Of a stretch of DNA of 32,000 nucleotides, positions 26,736 through 32,000 are shown piece by piece. The notes beneath the pieces were generated by a model. The model saw only the letters and a program-made list of their open reading frames with translations. It did no database searches and was not told where the DNA came from. How positions within the stretch are numbered: position 1 is the first letter of the stretch; every line of letters starts with the position of its first letter. The DNA comes from Kiritimatiella glycovorans (GTDB lineage Bacteria > Verrucomicrobiota > Kiritimatiellia > Kiritimatiellales > Kiritimatiellaceae): contig NZ_CP010904.1 in the NCBI RefSeq assembly GCF_001017655.1, positions 2,280,001-2,312,000 on the forward strand, written 5' to 3'. The translations under genes and the position numbers were made by a program.

Positions 26736-26815
26736 GTGTCAGGTTTCACCAAACCTTGGAACCCCGATCGACCCGGCGCAACCGAGCAATTTATCTATGA
26801 CGCTCTTGGAAACCT
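26736..26815 (+). pseudogene. vestigial third rhs fragment
   Basis: Manual translation gives ...VSGFTKPWNPDRPGATEQFIYDALGNL, a YD-repeat unit. It is cut off at 26815, where the duplicated mobile-element fragment begins. Confidence 0.5.
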
Positions 26816-26971
26816 GTTACCGACCAAATTGATGTCGTAGAGCGTTGCCAAATTAAAACGGTATGATTTCGGCGGATTCCCACGCTGTGACTGTATAAAT
26901 GTTCCCACTTGCGTCATAGGCTTGTTTCAGGTTTACGATGTCGCTGGCCCGATAAAAAATGACCGCACCGG
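26815..26971 (+). repeat. 157-bp direct repeat, copy A (period 854 bp)
   Basis: Identical by eye to 27669-27825 except for one substitution (tttcgg vs ttttgg). Confidence 0.9.
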
Positions 26972-26988
26972 TTTTTGCCGGTGCGGTC
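26952..26988 (-). terminator. rho-independent terminator (potentially bidirectional)
   Basis: The hairpin is gaccgcaccgg-tttttg-ccggtgcggtc (26961-26988). It is preceded by an A-run on the + strand (a T-run for the minus strand) and followed by gtattgtttt. It lies 18 nt beyond the stop of the minus-strand ORF ending at 27006. Confidence 0.7.
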
Positions 26989-27005
26989 GTATTGTTTTCC
27001 GGGGT

Positions 27006-27317
27006 TTACGATGCCTGCGGCCTGCCTGTGCGTCGCACGCAGACAGGCTGTTTGAATGCCTCCAGTTTATCCATGGCCTGGCTGAAGCTCATGCCCATGA
27101 CGCGGGTGAGCAGGTCGATGGCGTTACCGCCGGTTCCGGTGTCCGGGCAGACCCAGTAGGTTTCTTTGATGACGATGTCTGCGGGCAGGTCGTAAACTCT
27201 CCAGTTGCCGTTTGTGAGCTCCTGCATGGGATAACCCATTTGTTCGAGCAGGGGCGCGAGTGCGACGCGCCGGGCTGTGCGGATTTGTTCGTCGGTCCAT
27301 TTATTGCGTAACGTCAT
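27006..27317 (-). CDS. small conserved protein of a transposon/Mu-like module, function unknown
   Basis: 103 aa starting MTLRNKWTDEQIRTARRVALAPLLEQMGY, with GGNAIDLLTRVMGMSFSQAMDKL, which resembles primase-type zinc-binding-domain proteins. It overlaps the ATPase fragment stop by 17 nt. Confidence 0.45.
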   Translation of the reverse strand: MTLRNKWTDEQIRTARRVALAPLLEQMGYPMQELTNGNWRVYDLPADIVIKETYWVCPDTGTGGNAIDLLTRVMGMSFSQAMDKLEAFKQPVCVRRTGRPQAS

Positions 27318-27725
27318 GTTCTTTCCTCCAATGCGGCTGCATGAGGACGCGGTTGACCTGTTCGAGGCCGACTTCGCGTTTTCGGTCGCGGACGGTTTCG
27401 AGCAGGGAGCCGACGCAGAGGTTGCGCACGCGGCGCAGGACGCCTTCGGAGGTGCGTACGACAAGTGCGAGCGCATCGTCGGTGAAGACGGCGTGCGGCA
27501 GTCCGCAGCGGTCGAGCTGATCGCGGATGAAGGTTTTAACGTCGTCGGGCGCGAGGGGCTTGAGGTGCACCGAGTAGGTGATGCGGCTTCGGATGTCGTC
27601 GTTAATGCCGAGGCGCAGTTTGTGGATGAGCGGGGGCTGGGCGATGAGCAGCAGGTTGTGCGATTTGGTGTTACCGACCAAATTGATGTCGTAGAGCGTT
27701 GCCAAATTAAAACGGTATGATTTTG
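27301..27725 (-). pseudogene. 5'-truncated AAA+ ATPase of ExeA/TniB-like transposition-helper type
   Basis: Only the C-terminal part is present: ...NLLLIAQPPLIHKLRLGINDDIRSRITYSVHLKPLAPDDVKTFIRDQL...GVLRRVRNLC. There are no Walker A/B motifs. The upstream end lies inside repeat copy B. Confidence 0.6.
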
Positions 27726-27825
27726 GCGGATTCCCACGCTGTGACTGTATAAATGTTCCCACTTGCGTCATAGGCTTGTTTCAGGTTTACGATGTCGCTG
27801 GCCCGATAAAAAATGACCGCACCGG
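27669..27825 (+). repeat. 157-bp direct repeat, copy B
   Basis: See copy A. It ends in the left arm of the terminator hairpin and is fused directly to the hsdM fragment. Confidence 0.9.
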
Positions 27826-28237
27826 GATTTTCTATGCCCAGGGCGTAAAGGCCAATGTGCTCTTCTTCGACCGCAAACCCGCGCAGGAAAAGCCGTGGAC
27901 GGAGAAGCTGTGGATCTACGATCTGCGCACCAACATGCACTTTACCCTCAAGACCAATCCGCTCAAGCGCGCCGACCTCGATGATTTCGTGAATTGTTTC
28001 AATTCCGACAACCGACATGACCGCAAAGAATCCGAACGCTTCAAATGCTTCAGCTACGACGAACTGGTGAAACGCGATAAGGCCAACCTCGACATCTTCT
28101 GGCTCAAGGATGAATCGCTCGAAGATTCCGCCAATCTGCCGGACCCCGATGTGATCGCCCTCGAAATCACCGAAGACCTCGAAGCCGCCCTGGAACAGTT
28201 CGCCACCATCGCCGAGGATTTGAATAAAAGCGACTGA
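27821..28237 (+). pseudogene. hsdM: 3' fragment of type I restriction-modification methyltransferase
   Basis: TGIFYAQGVKANVLFFDRKPA...WIYDLRTNMHFTLKTNPL...FSYDELVKRDKANLDIFWLKDESLED is the conserved HsdM C-terminus. The N6-methylase catalytic region is absent, and no hsdS or hsdR is present. Confidence 0.8.
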
Positions 28238-28265
28238 GCAATTTTAATTCAGGGAAGGTTGACCC

Positions 28266-29696
28266 CTAAATTCTTTCCGGCGTTTCGATGCCGAGCAGCG
28301 AGAGGCCCTTTTTCAGGATGGCGGCTGTGAGGGTGCACAGGCGGATGCGGCTTTCGCGCGGGCCTTCGTCGGCTCTGAGGAAGGGGACGTTCTGGTAGAA
28401 GGAGCTGTAGGCCTGACTCAGATCGTAGAGGTAGTCGGCCATGACGCTGGGGCGGTGCAGCCGCGCGGCGGTTGCAACGGCGGCGGGGAAGCGCGTGAGT
28501 TTGAGCGCGAGGCGGCGTTCCTGCTCTTCGGTCAGAATGATCGGGAAGTCGTCGGGATTCGTCTCCGGGAATTTTTCGGCGTACTTGTCACGAACCGAAG
28601 CGATGCGCGCGTAGGCGTATTGCAGGTAGGGCGCGGAGTTGCCGTCCATGGCGAGTGCTTTTTCCCAGGTGAAGGTGACGAGGCTCTGCGGGTTCTGGCT
28701 GAGGTCGGTGTATTTGATGGCGCCGATGCCGACGGCGCGGGCGACTTCTTTCTGCTGCGCTTCGTCCATGTCGGGGCTGGAGGCTTTGACGACGTCGAGG
28801 GCGCGGGCCTCGGCTTCGTCGAGCAGCGCTTCGAGTTTAATGACGTTGCCTTCGCGGGTGGAGAAGGTGGCCTCGGGCAGGCGCATGAGGCCGAACCAGA
28901 CGTGGGTAAGTTTGGTTTCGATGCCGAGCTGTTTGCAGATGTGGAAGAACTGTTTGAAGTGGAGCTGCTGGCGTTCGTCGGTGACGTAGATGATTTCCGA
29001 AGGTTGGAACTCTTCGGTGCGTGAAATGACAGTGGCGATGTCGGTGGTGGTGTAGTTGTAGCCGCCGTCGGATTTGCGGACGATGGCCACGGCGAGGCCG
29101 TCGTCTTCGAGGTTGCAGATGAGCGCTCCGTCGGACTCTCCGCAGAGTTTTTTCTCTTCGAGCTGTTCGATGACTTTGGCGAGGTCGTCGTTATAAAAAC
29201 TTTCGCCGCGGTAGAGGTCGAAGGAGACGTCGAGGCGTTTGTAGATCCTGTTGAATTCGCCGAGGGTGAGTTCGATGAATGTTGACCAGAGTTTGCGGTT
29301 TTCGGGGTCACCTTTCTGGAGTTTTACGAGCTCGGCTTTGGCGCGGTCGCGCCAGGTGTCGTCGTCTTTGGAGCGGTTGTAGCTTTCCACGTAGATGCGT
29401 TCGAGCTCTTCGACCGGCGCGGTCTTTAATGCTTCCTGATCGGCGAATTCGCGGTAGCCGAGGATGATGAGGCCGAACTGGGTGCCCCAGTCGCCGAGGT
29501 GATTGTCGGCAATGACGTTGTATCCGAGGGCGCGATAGAGGCGGTCGATGGCATTGCCGATGACGGTGGAGCGGATGTGGCCGATGTGCATCGGCTTGGC
29601 GACGTTGGGGCTGGAGTAGTCGATGATGACGGGTTTGCCGTTTCCAATGAAGAGGCGAGTTGCCCACAGCCATGCGACCGTCTCCGACGAGTTCAA
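28266..29696 (-). pseudogene. argS: arginine--tRNA ligase lacking the N-terminal (Add-1) domain; probably a 5'-truncated copy
   Basis: The catalytic core is clear: SSPNVAKPMHIGHIRSTVIGN, NHLGDWGTQFG, and an anticodon-binding tail ending ETPERI. The HIGH motif sits at residue about 36, versus about 120-130 in canonical ArgRS. The frame has a TAG six codons upstream of the TTG at 29696. Confidence 0.6.
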
Positions 29697-29832
29697 TGAC
29701 CCATTCTCGACGGTCGCAGACTATGGACTACTCGCCGGAGTTGTGGCAGAACACTCGCAGGAAGCGGGAGCCCTGATGCTGACTTAAAGTTCGAAAACAC
29801 TGGCTCCGCTATCGGGACCACCGCTTATTGTT

Positions 29833-30857
29833 TCATTGCTGTGCTCGTAGTCCATCCCGAAGCTTTTCCGCGATCCGAGCCCGCAGGCTCTTCGGGGCGA
29901 GCACTTTCACGTCGGGCATCCAGGACAGGACCCAGCGTACCAGTTCCTTGCGTCCTGTCGTCTCCAGCCGCATCTCGACACGGCCGTCCCGGCGCGTTCG
30001 GAACTCCTGGGTGGGGTGCCACTGCCGTTCGGTGATGTACACGGCCAGTTTCGGCTCGAAAAGCAGCCGGACCTTGATCGGCTTCTCGCCGCCCACGATG
30101 CCGAACGCCTGCCGGGCGTATGTCTCGGGGCTGAACTCGGCCGCTCGCGTGTAACCCTGTCCCGTCGCCGCGATCCGCCGGAACCGCGACAGGGCGAACG
30201 TCGCCACACGCCCCTTCTCCGCGTTCCACGCCATCAGGTACCAGTTCCCATGGTAGGCGAGCAGGTGGTAGGGGTGCAGTTCGTACTCGGATACGCGCCC
30301 GTCGAAGGTCTGGTACGTCGCCCGGACCGCCTCGCAGCGTTCCACGCATCCAGCCAACTTCGCCCATACATCGGGATCGATCCGCACCCGGTCCTCGGGC
30401 AGGACGCCGACGTGCTCACTGAGCCAGCCTGCCACGGCGTAGCCGAAGGCGAAGACGGGTCCGGTTCGATGGTCACATCGCCCTCCAGCGACTCGGCAAT
30501 TTTATCCAGCACCGAGCGCATGTCCAGGTGGAGTGGTGTGTCCTCGTAATGGGCAAGGAGCTTGCGGGCAAGCGCGAAGCTGAACGCCTCCCGGCGGCTG
30601 ATCCGCACCGGTGGCAACATGTAGGTTTCGTCCGTGAGCCGGAAACCATGCCGGGCCTCGTCGTAGGCCAGCGGGGCGTTCTCCTCGTCGCGCAGGAAGT
30701 CCAGATCCCGCGCCACGGTCCGGCGCGACACCTCGAACTCCTTCATGAAGTCGCTGCTGTTCGGCAGATAGCCGGTCTCTGCGCCCTCGCGCACCATCTG
30801 GACCATGCGCCGGATGCGGTAATACTGGGGTCTGGAGCCTGCCTTCATTTTTCTCAA
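29833..30857 (-). pseudogene. WYL-domain regulator, frameshifted
   Basis: It is split into track ORFs 30234..30857 and 29833..30435. A 32-nt insertion at about 30427-30458, relative to copy 1, breaks the frame. Confidence 0.85.
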
Positions 30858-30913
30858 ACTTTCTTCAGGGGTATGCCGTTAGATGACACACCCTCTTTTA
30901 TACATTGGGCGGC

Positions 30914-31774
30914 ATGGTGGATCAAGTCTATCGTCCGCGCCGGCCCAAGGCATCGCCCCTGTGGCAATGCCTTTCCGGGCATTTCGACGCGTTTCTGGAG
31001 CTATACGAGGAACAATACCAGCCCCGGTACGGCTTCCTGCGCCCCATCATCCCGGAGGTCGTCAACAAGTTCCTCGACTGCGGCGACCTGGAGCGCGGCT
31101 TCGCCCGCGTGCGCTGCGACGACTGCAAGCATGAATACCTGCTCGCCTTCTCCTGCAAAGGGCGCTGGTTCTGCCCCTCGTGCCACCTGCCTGCGCCGAA
31201 GCGGCTTCGGCAGGCAGGCCAGAAGAAAGTCCAGCTCTTCGGCGCGCTTGTCACCGAGACCATCCTGTTCCCAGTACCCCACCGGCACTTCACCTTCGCC
31301 CTGCCCAAGATGTTGCGCATCTACTTCCGCCACGACCGCGACCTGCTCAAGGACCTGTGCCGTCTGGCGCACGAGTGCCTGCTCGAATACCTGCGCACCA
31401 CGCTCAATCTAACCGAGGGCCTGCCCGGCATCGTCATGGCGATCCACACCTTCGGCGAATACCTGGACTTCCACCCGCACCTGCACGCACTCGTTGCCGA
31501 CGGCCTGTTCGTGCGCTCGGGCCTGTTCTATGTCCTGCCCGATGTCAGCCTCAAGCCGCTGGAGGAATTGTTCCGGGCTCGGGTCATCACGTTTCTGGTG
31601 GACAAGGGGCTTCTGCCGCCCGAGCGGGCGAACATGCTGCGCGGCTGGGTACATTCCGGGTTCAACGTGCATCGCAGCCGACGCGTGCTGCCCGACGAGC
31701 GTGAAGACCTGGAGCGCCTGGCCCAGTACATCATCCGCAACCCCTTCGCCGTGGAGAAGATGCAGGTCAGCCCG
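30914..31774 (+). pseudogene. IS91-family transposase, 3'-truncated
   Basis: It matches copy 1 through ...NPFAVEKMQVSP, about 287 of 459 aa. It then reads into unrelated sequence. The RYYGWYSN tyrosine motif and the C-terminal zinc ribbon are lost. Confidence 0.85.
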
Positions 31775-32000
31775 CCGAACCGAGCCAATCTCGTCAACGA
31801 CAACTACATGGCCCCGTCGGCGACAACTACACTTCCCCATGTTGACGGGGCTGGTGGGCCCCGGGTTTCCGGGGTTTGAGGGCGATGGGCCGATAGGCCC
31901 GAGCCTTCCCCCTCCCACCCCGCAGGGGCACCCCCCATGGGGGGTGCGCGATTCTCACAATTGCGATTTTCATCGTTTTCGATTCCGTTCGCCCGCCTTC

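Larger units (their letters stand above)
29824..31774 (+). mobile_element. IS91-family/WYL unit, copy 2 (decayed, right end missing)
   Basis: It is collinear with 13437-15350 of copy 1. The offset is 16393 nt in the WYL gene and 16425 nt in the transposase gene. Homology stops after atgcaggtca.cccg, at about 31774. Confidence 0.8.

Noticed and set aside
26922-27311. + strand ORFs starting MFQVYDVAGPIKNDRTG (26922..27311 and 27776..28237 N-terminus)
   Set aside because: The shared N-terminal peptide is encoded by the 157-bp repeat itself. The first ORF is antisense to the small minus-strand gene. Only the HsdM-homologous part of the second is genuine coding sequence.
27821-28237. Type I restriction-modification system
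   Set aside because: Only the C-terminal part of HsdM, about 135 codons, is present. It is fused at its 5' side to an unrelated repeat. No catalytic methylase region, hsdS or hsdR is present.
9471-30458. Shared short motifs (gcgccgaag / gccgaagg, cggctaacgat) linking the 9.4-kb palindrome, the transposase hairpin, the 32-nt indel and the IS66 end
   Set aside because: Matches of 9-11 nt are expected by chance many times in a 32-kb GC-rich window compared on both strands. They are not evidence of a common mobile motif.
31928-31947. 20-nt perfect palindrome gcaccccccatggggggtgc near the window end
   Set aside because: It is an isolated homopolymer-based palindrome in unassigned sequence after the truncated transposase. 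There is no context to assign a function.

Overview
The window is a mosaic. Positions 1-4512 look like GC-rich core chromosome: an ACT-domain gene, a class II aldolase, hisA, hisH, an LplA/LipM-like ligase and a CxxCxxCC protein. Positions 4513-10400 hold small minus-strand genes: a SAM methyltransferase, two tandem PIN/Phd toxin-antitoxin pairs and a TrmO-like gene. These are separated by a modular, hairpin-containing intergenic repeat present in three copies. Next comes an IS66-family element (10627-13341) that carries a DUF4338 (DruA-like) gene instead of tnpA/tnpB. Two diverged direct copies of an unusual two-gene unit follow, at 13437-16078 and 29824-31774. Each unit is a WYL-domain regulator transcribed divergently from an IS91-family Y2/HUH rolling-circle transposase; the second copy is decayed. 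The copies bracket about 13.7 kb of visibly AT-richer DNA. That DNA contains a 5'-truncated thrombospondin-type-3-repeat gene and an ISL3 element with a perfect 8-bp target duplication sitting on the start codon of a 1991-aa Rhs protein. The Rhs protein has a Sec signal, a transglutaminase-like domain, a YD shell and an unassigned glycine-rich C-terminal domain, and is followed by an immunity gene. After it come an orphan rhs-CT module with an alpha/beta-hydrolase toxin and a membrane immunity gene, then a third vestigial rhs stub. The rest is a junkyard of gene fragments: an ExeA/TniB-like ATPase, an hsdM 3' end and a 5'-truncated argS, including an 854-bp-period partial tandem duplication. 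I found no rRNA, tRNA or CRISPR. All family calls rest on motifs read by eye; no searches were run, and GC and identity statements are visual estimates.
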